Positions 56,031-64,000 of a DNA stretch of 64,000 nt are shown piece after piece. The stretch lies in assembly GCA_963836075.1 (NCBI GenBank), contig CAWIIB010000009.1, forward strand, positions 1,248,001 through 1,312,000, given 5' to 3'. The notes beneath the pieces were generated by a model. It was not told the DNA's origin. It did not search any database and saw only the letters and a list, made by a program, of their open reading frames with translations. Position 1 is the stretch's first letter. The number at the start of each line of letters is the position of its first letter. The position numbers and the translations under genes were made by a program. The DNA is from an uncultured Acidobacteriota bacterium (GTDB lineage Bacteria > Acidobacteriota > JAQAZP01).

Positions 56031-56510
56031 ATGGGCTCGCTGCAGGAAGAACTGATGAAAGCCAGGCTGGTGGACAAGAAGCAGCGGAAAAAGGCTGCCC
56101 ACGAGAAGCGTGTCCACCAGAGCAAGGTCGGCCGGGAGGGGCTGGAGAAAGAGAAGCTGGAGAAGGAGCGTCGGCTGGAGGCCGAGGCCGAAGAAAAACG
56201 AGCCAGGGACCGGCAGATCGATGAAGAGCGAAAAAAGGCCCTCGAGCAGGCGAGCAGCGGGAACCGGTTGAAATCGCTGATCGCCGAGGCCACGCTGCAG
56301 GGCTTTGGCGGCGCTCGGCGGTTCTCCTATGTCAACCGCAACAACCGGGTCCCCTTCCTCGAGGTGAGCGACGATGCTGCCCGCCGGCTGACTCACGGTG
56401 AGCTGGCCATCATTGAAACGGAAGAGGGCAAGGTGGGGTTGGTGCCCGGCACCGCCGCCCGGGAGATCGTTGAGCTGGATGGCGAAATTGTACGCTTCTG
56501 GAACCGCTAG
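56031..56510 (+). CDS. DUF2058/YaiL-like protein
   Basis: SLQEELMKA.LVDKK, a charged coiled coil, and L..GELAI. Confidence 0.75.
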   Translation: MGSLQEELMKARLVDKKQRKKAAHEKRVHQSKVGREGLEKEKLEKERRLEAEAEEKRARDRQIDEERKKALEQASSGNRLKSLIAEATLQGFGGARRFSYVNRNNRVPFLEVSDDAARRLTHGELAIIETEEGKVGLVPGTAAREIVELDGEIVRFWNR

Positions 56511-58606
56511 TCTTCCACTTCAGCCTCGCTGACCCCCAGGGCATCGCGGCGGGACAGTTTCAGCTTCCCCCGGTCGTCCACTCCCAGCACCCGCACCAGG
56601 ATTTTTTCTCCCTCGCGAACCACGTCGGAAGTGCGTTCCACCCTCTCCTTGTCCAGCTCCGAGATGTGGACCAGCCCTTCGGTGCTGTCCATGATCCGGA
56701 CAAAAGCACCGAATTCTTTCACCGAAACCACCTCGCCGCGGTAGACTTTGCCCACCTCCGGGTCATCAGTGATCTGGCGGATGCGCGCCATGGCCTGGCT
56801 TCCCAATACGCCGTCCGTGGCAAAGAGCCGGACCAGCCCGTCGTCAGAGATATCGATTTTGGCCTGGTAGGTTTCCTGGATCTCCTGGATCGTTTTGCCC
56901 CCCTTGCCGATCAGGTCCCTGATCCGGGCGGGGTTGATCCGGTGGGACATCACCCGCGGCGCGTAGTCCGACAACTCTTCCCGCGGGCCGGTAAGCGCCC
57001 GGGCCATCTCGGTCAGGATGTGCAGCCGGGCGGTGCGGGCCTGGGTCAGTGCCTTGTCCAGAATCGTTCGGTCCAGGCCGCCCACCTTGTTGTCCATCTG
57101 CAGCGCAGTGACCCCGGATTCGGTGCCGGTGACCTTGAAGTCCATGTCGCCCAGGTGGTCCTCATCACCGAGGATGTCGGTGAGCACGTGGATCTCCCCT
57201 TCCTCCTGGATCAGTCCCATGGCGATGCCGGCCACCGGGCTGGAGATCGGCACGCCGGCGTCCATCAGGGCCAGGCAGCCGCCGCAGACGGAGGCCATGG
57301 AGGAGGAGCCGTTGGATTCGCTGATTTCGGAGACCACGCGGATGGCGTAGGGGAAGGCCTCTTCGCCCGGCAGTACCGGCTGGAGGGCCCGGCGGGCCAG
57401 GTTGCCGTGGCCGATCTCCCGCCGGCCCGGGCCGCGAACCGGGCGGGTTTCGCCCACGCTGTACGGCGGGAAGTTGTAGTGCAGCAGGAAACTGTGGTGC
57501 TCTTCGCCGAACAGTGTCTCCACCAGCTGGCGGTCCCGGGTGGTGCCCAGGGTGGTGGTGACCAGGGCCTGGGTCTCGCCCCGGGTGAAGATGGCCGAAC
57601 CGTGGGCTCGCGGCAGCCACCCCACCCGGCAGTTGATCGGCCGCACCTGGTCCAGCGGTCTCCCGTCGATCCGCACGCCCTCCCGGGCGATCATCCGGCG
57701 CACCACCTGGTGGTGCAGCTCACTGAACAGCGAGGCCGCCTCGGCGATGCGCTGCGTGTCGCCGTCGGGGCAGAGGGCGGCCAGCGTTTCCTCGCGCACC
57801 TTTGCCACGGCCAGGCTCCGCTCCTGCTTTACCGGTGTGCAGACCGCTTCCCGGAGCGGCGCGGCGGCCAGCTTCTCCAGTTCCTCGGCCAGTTCCCGGT
57901 TCACGGCCGGCGGCTCGAAGGCCCTCTTCTCCCGGCCCACTTCCTCACGCCAGCGGTTCATCAGTTCCAGTGCCGGGGCCACCGCATCCTGGGCGAAGAA
58001 GAGAGCCTGGGCCACCTCCGCTTCCGGCACTTCCCGGGCCTCACCTTCCACCATGGACAGCCCGTCCGGACCTGATGTGACCACCAGCTCCAGGTCGGCC
58101 CGTGCCCGATCACTCTGGCCGGGGTTGACCAGCAGGTTGCCGTCCACCCGGGCCACCCGGATTCCGGCGGCCGGCCCGTTCCACGGAATGTCGGAGATGT
58201 GCAGGGCCAGGGGTACGCCGATCAGGGTCAGCACCGAGGGATCGATGTCCGGACCGCAACTCAGCGTGGTGACGATCACCTGGGTCTCATTGCGGTAGCC
58301 GTCGGGAAAGAGGGGGCGGATCGAGCGGTCGGCCAGCCGGCAGGCCAGGACCTCCTGGTCGGTGGACCGCGCTTCGCGCTTGAGGAACCCGCCGGGAAAC
58401 TTGCCCGCGGCCCATTTGCCTTCGCGGTAGTCCACGGTGAGGGGGAAAAAGTCGATGCCCTCCCGGGCCTTGCGGGCCCCCACCACCGTGGCCAGGATCA
58501 TGGTCTCACCCTGGCGGACGATCACCGCGCCGTCGGCCTGACGGGCGATGGCACCGGTTTCCAGGGATATTTCCGTACCGGCCAGGGAAATGGTTTCACT
58601 CTTCAT
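56507..58606 (-). CDS. pnp: Polyribonucleotide nucleotidyltransferase
   Basis: DFFPLTVDY, RREIGHG, SNGSSSMAS, DHLGDMDFKV, plus KH and S1 domains. Confidence 0.95.
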   Translation of the reverse strand: MKSETISLAGTEISLETGAIARQADGAVIVRQGETMILATVVGARKAREGIDFFPLTVDYREGKWAAGKFPGGFLKREARSTDQEVLACRLADRSIRPLFPDGYRNETQVIVTTLSCGPDIDPSVLTLIGVPLALHISDIPWNGPAAGIRVARVDGNLLVNPGQSDRARADLELVVTSGPDGLSMVEGEAREVPEAEVAQALFFAQDAVAPALELMNRWREEVGREKRAFEPPAVNRELAEELEKLAAAPLREAVCTPVKQERSLAVAKVREETLAALCPDGDTQRIAEAASLFSELHHQVVRRMIAREGVRIDGRPLDQVRPINCRVGWLPRAHGSAIFTRGETQALVTTTLGTTRDRQLVETLFGEEHHSFLLHYNFPPYSVGETRPVRGPGRREIGHGNLARRALQPVLPGEEAFPYAIRVVSEISESNGSSSMASVCGGCLALMDAGVPISSPVAGIAMGLIQEEGEIHVLTDILGDEDHLGDMDFKVTGTESGVTALQMDNKVGGLDRTILDKALTQARTARLHILTEMARALTGPREELSDYAPRVMSHRINPARIRDLIGKGGKTIQEIQETYQAKIDISDDGLVRLFATDGVLGSQAMARIRQITDDPEVGKVYRGEVVSVKEFGAFVRIMDSTEGLVHISELDKERVERTSDVVREGEKILVRVLGVDDRGKLKLSRRDALGVSEAEVED

Positions 58607-58609
58607 TGA

Positions 58610-59878
58610 TCACTCCGCGTCGGGGCCGGGGGGGAAGATGATATACATCCCGTCATCACTCATCTTCGCGTCACCGGGAACCGGGTATCGTTCGTAGAGG
58701 CTGATTTCCAGCCGCTGGGCCAACTCGCCGAAGCGTGCCTTTTTCAACGCCACCGTCCAGGGGACCATCAGCAGGTTGTCCCCCCGCTCCACCTTTTCAC
58801 CCTCCACCCGGAACTGGGCGGCCAGCTGCTCCAGGACCAGGGTCGTTGTCTGCTCGTCCGGGGTGCGGATAATCGCCGAGACCAGGGTGCCGTCGGGGGA
58901 GATGTCCTCGCAGGGACGTTTGACGTGACGCGCCTTGCGGGCCAGCCGGTTGGGGATCTGGGTCAGATACTTGCTGGCCATGCTGCAAAAGTGGACCGCG
59001 GTTTTGCTGCCCGGGGTCTCCAGGGTTTTGCGCATCATCGCCTGGGCTTTTTCCCTGCTGCCCAGGGTGTTGCGCAGGGTGGTGCCGAAACGGGCCGGGA
59101 TGTCGGTGCCAAAGACTTTCTCCGGTGGGGCCTCGAAGGGGATTTTTCGGCTCAACGGCTCTCCCGGCTGGAGGTCGGTCCTTTTGGCCACCCGCTGGAA
59201 GTCCTCATGATCGAAGTAGAGCAGCTCGTGAAGGTTGACGAACTCGGCACCCAGCTCGATGGCTTTCTCCACGATGCGGTCGGTGATGTCAGCGATGGGC
59301 AGGCTGGGAATCTCCACCGCCACGGTCCAGTCGTAGCTCCTGGCCCGCTCCACCAGGTGAGCTTCCTTGTACGAGGCGAGATGGCAACGGATCTCGTCCA
59401 CCCCGGCCCCGTGCATCCGGGTCATCTGTTCCTCGGTCATGTCGGCATTGGCGGTGAAGAACTGGATGTGGAAGTCGGGCCCGCACTCCTCGCGGAGTAG
59501 CCGGGCGTAGTGCTCGGCCCGGTCCATGTAGAGGGTTGGCTCGCCCCCGGTGAGACAGACCGCATCCGGGTCGCTGAAGCGGACCAGCCTGAACAGGTCC
59601 TCGTCGCTGTTGATGGTGAACTCGTCACCCCGGGTCAGGTCGGAACCCATGGGGTTCGAACAGTAGAAACAGTTCTTGTGGCATTTTTCGCCGATGGTGA
59701 GGCAGAGCCGGCCGCCCATCAGACAGCGGCGGCACCCCTCGGGCAGAAAGTGCGCCCACAGATTGAAATCCGGTTTTATCTGTTCCCGGTGGCCGCCAAG
59801 CAACCGTTGCCAGAGGTTGCTGGCCTGGTCCGGGCTGATCATCCCCGGGGTGTCGTTTGTATCGTGATCTATGCTCAT
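58610..59878 (-). CDS. Radical SAM protein (COG2108-like)
   Basis: LPEGCRRC, CHKNCFYC, TGGEP, DEIR.H, EIP, NLHEL, VHFC. Confidence 0.8.
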   Translation of the reverse strand: MSIDHDTNDTPGMISPDQASNLWQRLLGGHREQIKPDFNLWAHFLPEGCRRCLMGGRLCLTIGEKCHKNCFYCSNPMGSDLTRGDEFTINSDEDLFRLVRFSDPDAVCLTGGEPTLYMDRAEHYARLLREECGPDFHIQFFTANADMTEEQMTRMHGAGVDEIRCHLASYKEAHLVERARSYDWTVAVEIPSLPIADITDRIVEKAIELGAEFVNLHELLYFDHEDFQRVAKRTDLQPGEPLSRKIPFEAPPEKVFGTDIPARFGTTLRNTLGSREKAQAMMRKTLETPGSKTAVHFCSMASKYLTQIPNRLARKARHVKRPCEDISPDGTLVSAIIRTPDEQTTTLVLEQLAAQFRVEGEKVERGDNLLMVPWTVALKKARFGELAQRLEISLYERYPVPGDAKMSDDGMYIIFPPGPDAE

Positions 59879-59946
59879 TACCGGCCCCCTTCCACTGCGT
59901 CGGCGGCGATTCGGAATTTCCCGCGGGGCGGGAAAACGGAGCACTC

Positions 59947-59976
59947 ACTATAGGGTGAGGGGTCAAACCTTGTCAA
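59947..59976 (-). promoter_or_regulatory. Putative sigma70 promoter for the radical SAM-pnp pair
   Basis: TTGACA, 18 bp, TATAGT on the minus strand. Confidence 0.55.
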
Positions 59977-60016
59977 CGAAGGGGAAACGGCTGTTCGGAC
60001 GCAGCCTGGGAAGAGG

Positions 60017-62479
60017 TCAGGGCTTGCCGATTTCGGGGAATTCGTTCTTGAGATGGGTCTCCAGCCTGGTGAAACTGGCAACAATCTGCTGGTGCAACTC
60101 CTGTGCCTCGACCAGGTTGCCGGAAGCGGCATTGTTCTCCAGGAGCTTGGCCAGCTCGCCCAGAGTTTCGGTGCCCAGACTGGTGGAGGCGCCCTTGATG
60201 CTGTGCGCCGTGCGGCGGACCGTATCGGCGTCGGAATCGGCAATGGCCTGTTCCAGGTTCTCCAGGCGTTGTGGAATATCCTCCAGGTAATCGCGCAGCA
60301 GTTCTTCGAGGAACCCCCGGTCGCCGGAAACCAGGGCCAGGGCCTTTTTCATGTCGATCGGGCTTTTTCCTGGTTCCCCTGTCTTTGCGGCAGGCTGGTT
60401 TTTCCGGTCCAGGGCGCCGGAGGTGGTTGCGGCGTGATAGTCACCATTCCTGCTGCTGCCGTGACCCAGCCAGGAGGATATTATCCCGTACATCAGCTCC
60501 TGGTTGATCGGTTTGGTAATGTAGTCGCTCATTCCTGAGTCGAGGCACATCTCGCGGTCACCGGTCATGGCATGAGCGGTCATGGCGATGATCGGCAGGT
60601 CAGCGTATTTCTCCTGCTGGCGGATGGCCCGGGTGGCTTCCAGGCCGTCCATTACCGGCATCTGGATGTCCATCAGCACCAGGTCCACCTTTTCCGTTTC
60701 CAGGAGCTCCAACGCTTCGCGGCCGTTTGCCGCAGCCACCACGGTGTAGCCGACGTCCTCGAGCAGCCTCACCGCCAGTTTGGTGTTTACCGGGTGGTCC
60801 TCGGCCAGAAGGATAGTATGCTCGCCGGAATTGCTCGCCTTCCTCTCTTCCAGGTCGTAGCGGGTCAGCAGTTCGGGATCCCCGGCCGAAATCTCGCGTG
60901 CACCATCCTGCGGGGTCATCACCCGGTTGATCGCCTCCAGCAGCAGCGAGTGCTTGATCGGCTTGACGAAGTAGCCGTCGATCCCGATCTCGCGGCAGCG
61001 GTTGGCATCGCCCCGTACTCCGAGGGCCGTCATCAGCAGCAGTTTCGGCTGCTTTTTCAGGTTGGAGGTCCGGATCTGCCGGGCCGTGGCAAATCCGTCC
61101 AGGCCGGGCAACTTGAGATCGAGAATCACGAGGTCGTAGGTTGCCGACCCGGCCGACCGGGCGATCATCTCAATGGCATCGCCGCCGCAGCCGCCCTCCT
61201 CCACCGCACAGCCCAGCTCGCTCAACTCCTGGCGCAGGATCAGGCGGTTGTTGCTGTTGTCGTCCACCACCAGCACCCTGGCCCCCTTGAGCTTCGGGCG
61301 GGCGTTTCCGTTCTCATGGGCCTGGACCGTCTGCACCGGCACCATGGGCAGGGTGAAGAAGAATGTGGCCCCCTCGCCGGCGGTGGTCTTCAGTCCCAGC
61401 TTTCCGCCCATCACCTCCACCAGTTCGCGCGATATGGTCAGGCCGAGGCCGGTGCCGCCGAACGTCCGGGTGAATGATTCGTCGGCCTGGGTAAAGGAGT
61501 CGAATATGCTCTCCACTTTTTCTTCGGGGATCCCCATGCCGGTATCCGAGACGGTGAAGCGGATGTTTGTCATGCCCTCCGGGCCCGCGGGCGCGGTGTC
61601 GATTTTCAGCAGCACTTCGCCTTTCTCGGTGAATTTGATCGCGTTGCCCACCAGGTTGATCAATACCTGACGCAGCCTGGTGGGATCACCCTTCACCTGG
61701 CTGGGGACGTCGCTGTCCACGTGTCCGATCAGTTCCAGTGCCTTGCCGGCCGCGGGATAGGCCATCACGTCGAGGACGCCGTCGGCCAGTTCGCGCAACC
61801 CGAAGGTGATCCGTTCAAGCTCCAGCTTGCCGGCCTCGATCTTCGACAGGTCCAGGATGTCATTGATCAGGGAGAGCAGCGAGTCGGCGCAGCTCTTCAC
61901 CGTGCCCATGTATTCCTGCTGCTCTCCAGTCAGTTTGGTGGTCATGGCCAGATCGATCATGCCCATGATGCCGTTGAGCGGGGTACGGATCTCGTGGGAC
62001 ATGTTGGCCAGGAAACTGCTCTTGGCCGTGCTGGCGGCTTCGATGGACTTGCGTTGCCGGATCAGTTCGGTGATGTCCTCGATGACACCGTGAAAGCAGA
62101 TAACCTCACCCGCTTCGTTGAGGACGGCATGGGAACTCTCCCGGCACCAGATCAGCGTCCCGTCTTTCTTCTTCAGCCGCAGTTCGATTCCCCGGAGTTT
62201 CCCGTCGTCCAGCAGCCGCTGCGAAAACTCTTCCCGGTCGCCCGGATCGGGGTAGAGGTCCACGGCGTCGATGTTCATGAATTCTTCGCGGGAAGCGTAG
62301 CCAAACATGTCCACCAGGGTCTGGTTGACATAGATGAAGGTGCCCCTGATGCCCGGATGGTTCCAGTAGAGGCCCACCGGCAGGTTGTCGATGGTCTGCG
62401 CCAGCTCACCACTGGGAATGATGTGATGTTCACTGGCCTGGGAGACCAGGTCGCTGATTGTGTGGTCCGAAACGCCCAT
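60017..62479 (-). CDS. Cytoplasmic hybrid histidine kinase (PAS-HisKA-HATPase-REC-REC-Hpt)
   Basis: FLANMSHEIRTPLN, GGTGLGL, two receiver domains and Hpt AHSIKGAS. Confidence 0.95.
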   Translation of the reverse strand: MGVSDHTISDLVSQASEHHIIPSGELAQTIDNLPVGLYWNHPGIRGTFIYVNQTLVDMFGYASREEFMNIDAVDLYPDPGDREEFSQRLLDDGKLRGIELRLKKKDGTLIWCRESSHAVLNEAGEVICFHGVIEDITELIRQRKSIEAASTAKSSFLANMSHEIRTPLNGIMGMIDLAMTTKLTGEQQEYMGTVKSCADSLLSLINDILDLSKIEAGKLELERITFGLRELADGVLDVMAYPAAGKALELIGHVDSDVPSQVKGDPTRLRQVLINLVGNAIKFTEKGEVLLKIDTAPAGPEGMTNIRFTVSDTGMGIPEEKVESIFDSFTQADESFTRTFGGTGLGLTISRELVEVMGGKLGLKTTAGEGATFFFTLPMVPVQTVQAHENGNARPKLKGARVLVVDDNSNNRLILRQELSELGCAVEEGGCGGDAIEMIARSAGSATYDLVILDLKLPGLDGFATARQIRTSNLKKQPKLLLMTALGVRGDANRCREIGIDGYFVKPIKHSLLLEAINRVMTPQDGAREISAGDPELLTRYDLEERKASNSGEHTILLAEDHPVNTKLAVRLLEDVGYTVVAAANGREALELLETEKVDLVLMDIQMPVMDGLEATRAIRQQEKYADLPIIAMTAHAMTGDREMCLDSGMSDYITKPINQELMYGIISSWLGHGSSRNGDYHAATTSGALDRKNQPAAKTGEPGKSPIDMKKALALVSGDRGFLEELLRDYLEDIPQRLENLEQAIADSDADTVRRTAHSIKGASTSLGTETLGELAKLLENNAASGNLVEAQELHQQIVASFTRLETHLKNEFPEIGKP

Positions 62480-62591
62480 GGTTGCTACCCCGGCGAAAAG
62501 CGAGGAAATGCAGTTGTCTGCCGCCGGATGGCAGAGTCCTCCCCGTGCAACTCTTCCCGGGTTTAATTATCGGCAGAAAATCGGGAAAGAA

Positions 62592-64000
62592 TTACCTGCG
62601 TTTCCGGCGTGGACGGCTTGAGGGACGGCGGCGGCCCTGTCCGGGCGGTTTCTCCGCTTTCGGTTCGGGCGGCACCCGCTCCGCCGGCTGTTCGGCGGCG
62701 CTGACCGCAGCCTCCGCCGGGTCGGCTTCGGGCGGGTTGAGGTAGAGGTTGAGCAGCAGCGAGACCAGCGAATGGGCATCGTCCTGCTTCAGCAGGTCCT
62801 TGGCCAGCGGCTCCAGAGTTTCCAGGTCACGGGCCGAGGCCTTGTCCTCCAGCACCCGGATCTGGTTCAGCAGGCGTTGGCGGGCCGATTTCTCCACATC
62901 CTCGTCGGTGGGGATGCGGCCCTCCTTGACCACCAGGTGGTGGGCGTTCACCAGGCGGTTGAAGTTGAGCAGGTCCACGGCGGAGACAAAGGATATGGCC
63001 ACGCCCGACTTGCCCATCCGGCCGGTGCGGCCGGCCCGGTGAATGTAATCCTCCGGGGTCTGGGGGGCGGAATAGAGAAAGACGTGGGAGACGTCCTCCA
63101 CGTCGATGCCCCTCGAGGCCACGTCGGTGGTCACCAGGTGCTTGACCTTCTTCTGCCGGAAGTTGGCCATGATCTTCTCCCGCCGCTCCTGGGCCAGGTC
63201 GCCGGTGAGCATCGCCACCTTGAGGCCCCGGCGCCGCAGGGTGTTGAAGACCATCCGCACGTCGTCCTTGGTGTTGCAGAAAATGATCGACGACGAGGGC
63301 CGCTCGATCTCGATCAGGCGGTAGAGGTCCCGGTCTTTTTCCATCTGGCGGGTGATATAGTAGCGATGCTCCACCTCCTGGACGTAGATCGAGTCGTCGG
63401 AGAGGGCGATCTTGTGCGGATCCCGCTGGTAGGACTGACCCAGCCGGACGATGGAGGCGGGGAAGGTGGCCGAGCCGAGCAAAGTCTGCCGATCCTTCGG
63501 GCAGCGCTCGAGGATCGCGGATATCTCCTCGTAGAACCCCATGTCCAGCATGCGATCCGCCTCGTCCAGCACCAGCACCTTCAGTCCACTGAGATCCAGG
63601 GTGCGGCGCCGCAAGTGGTCCAGTACCCGCCCGGGCGTGCCGGCCACCATCAGGGCGCCGGCCTCGAGGTCACGCATCTGCTTGGTGTACGAGGCGCCGC
63701 CGTAGATGCAGGTCACCAGCACGCCGGTGCAGGCGTTGATCTGCGCCAGGTCACCGGCGAACTGCAGGGCCAGCTCGCGGGTCGGAGTGAGGGCGAGGAA
63801 CTGAACCTTTTTCAGGCCGGTGTCCAGCCGCATCGAAGCGGGAATCCCGTAGCAGGCGGTTTTGCCGGTGCCGGTCCGCGACTGGATCATCAGGTCGCGA
63901 CCCGCCATGGCCAGGGGGATTGCTTCGGCCTGGACATCGGTGGGTTTGGTGTAGCCCATCCTGGCCAGCCCCTCAAGGATAGCCGGGCTGAGACCCATCT
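62592..64000 (-). CDS. DEAD-box RNA helicase, probably 5'-partial
   Basis: Q motif, TGTGKT, PTRELA, DEAD, SAT, HRAGRTGR. Confidence 0.95.
   Translation of the reverse strand, partial: MGLSPAILEGLARMGYTKPTDVQAEAIPLAMAGRDLMIQSRTGTGKTACYGIPASMRLDTGLKKVQFLALTPTRELALQFAGDLAQINACTGVLVTCIYGGASYTKQMRDLEAGALMVAGTPGRVLDHLRRRTLDLSGLKVLVLDEADRMLDMGFYEEISAILERCPKDRQTLLGSATFPASIVRLGQSYQRDPHKIALSDDSIYVQEVEHRYYITRQMEKDRDLYRLIEIERPSSSIIFCNTKDDVRMVFNTLRRRGLKVAMLTGDLAQERREKIMANFRQKKVKHLVTTDVASRGIDVEDVSHVFLYSAPQTPEDYIHRAGRTGRMGKSGVAISFVSAVDLLNFNRLVNAHHLVVKEGRIPTDEDVEKSARQRLLNQIRVLEDKASARDLETLEPLAKDLLKQDDAHSLVSLLLNLYLNPPEADPAEAAVSAAEQPAERVPPEPKAEKPPGQGRRRPSSRPRRKRR

Noticed and set aside
1-64000. tRNA, rRNA or prophage genes
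   Set aside because: None were recognised by eye. A tRNAscan or Rfam run would be needed to exclude small RNAs.

Overview
GC-rich bacterial chromosomal DNA; the lineage cannot be determined from the sequence, although the gene content resembles Acidobacteriota-type genomes (inference). The core is ordinary metabolic, regulatory and housekeeping genes: asnA, mscS, a YtrA/ABC operon, pncA, an acyl-CoA dehydrogenase, two deaminases, two-component systems, recD2, tag, pnp and a DEAD-box helicase. Two mobile systems stand out. (1) A minus-strand integron at about 19.8-33.1 kb has attI at 31848-31866, 13 recognisable attC sites (two long sequence families plus short or collapsed ones), five toxin-antitoxin loci, a C-terminally truncated IntI and increasing decay away from attI. 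Three of its cassettes share a conserved non-coding element, and one cassette contains essentially nothing else. (2) An IS110 element (49188-50845) has inserted into a REP-like palindrome, and its 5' non-coding region carries short matches to both the target and the donor junctions, consistent with a bridge RNA. Other candidate systems are a shared C-terminal domain (TPAPxNQPPxPxAG) on unrelated secreted proteins, an operon of cysteine hydrolase, CxxC-less flavoprotein, RlmN-like radical SAM and adenosine deaminase, and a sulfatase-like/GT-C/arylsulfotransferase envelope operon. All calls come from reading the sequence by eye; no database searches were run.
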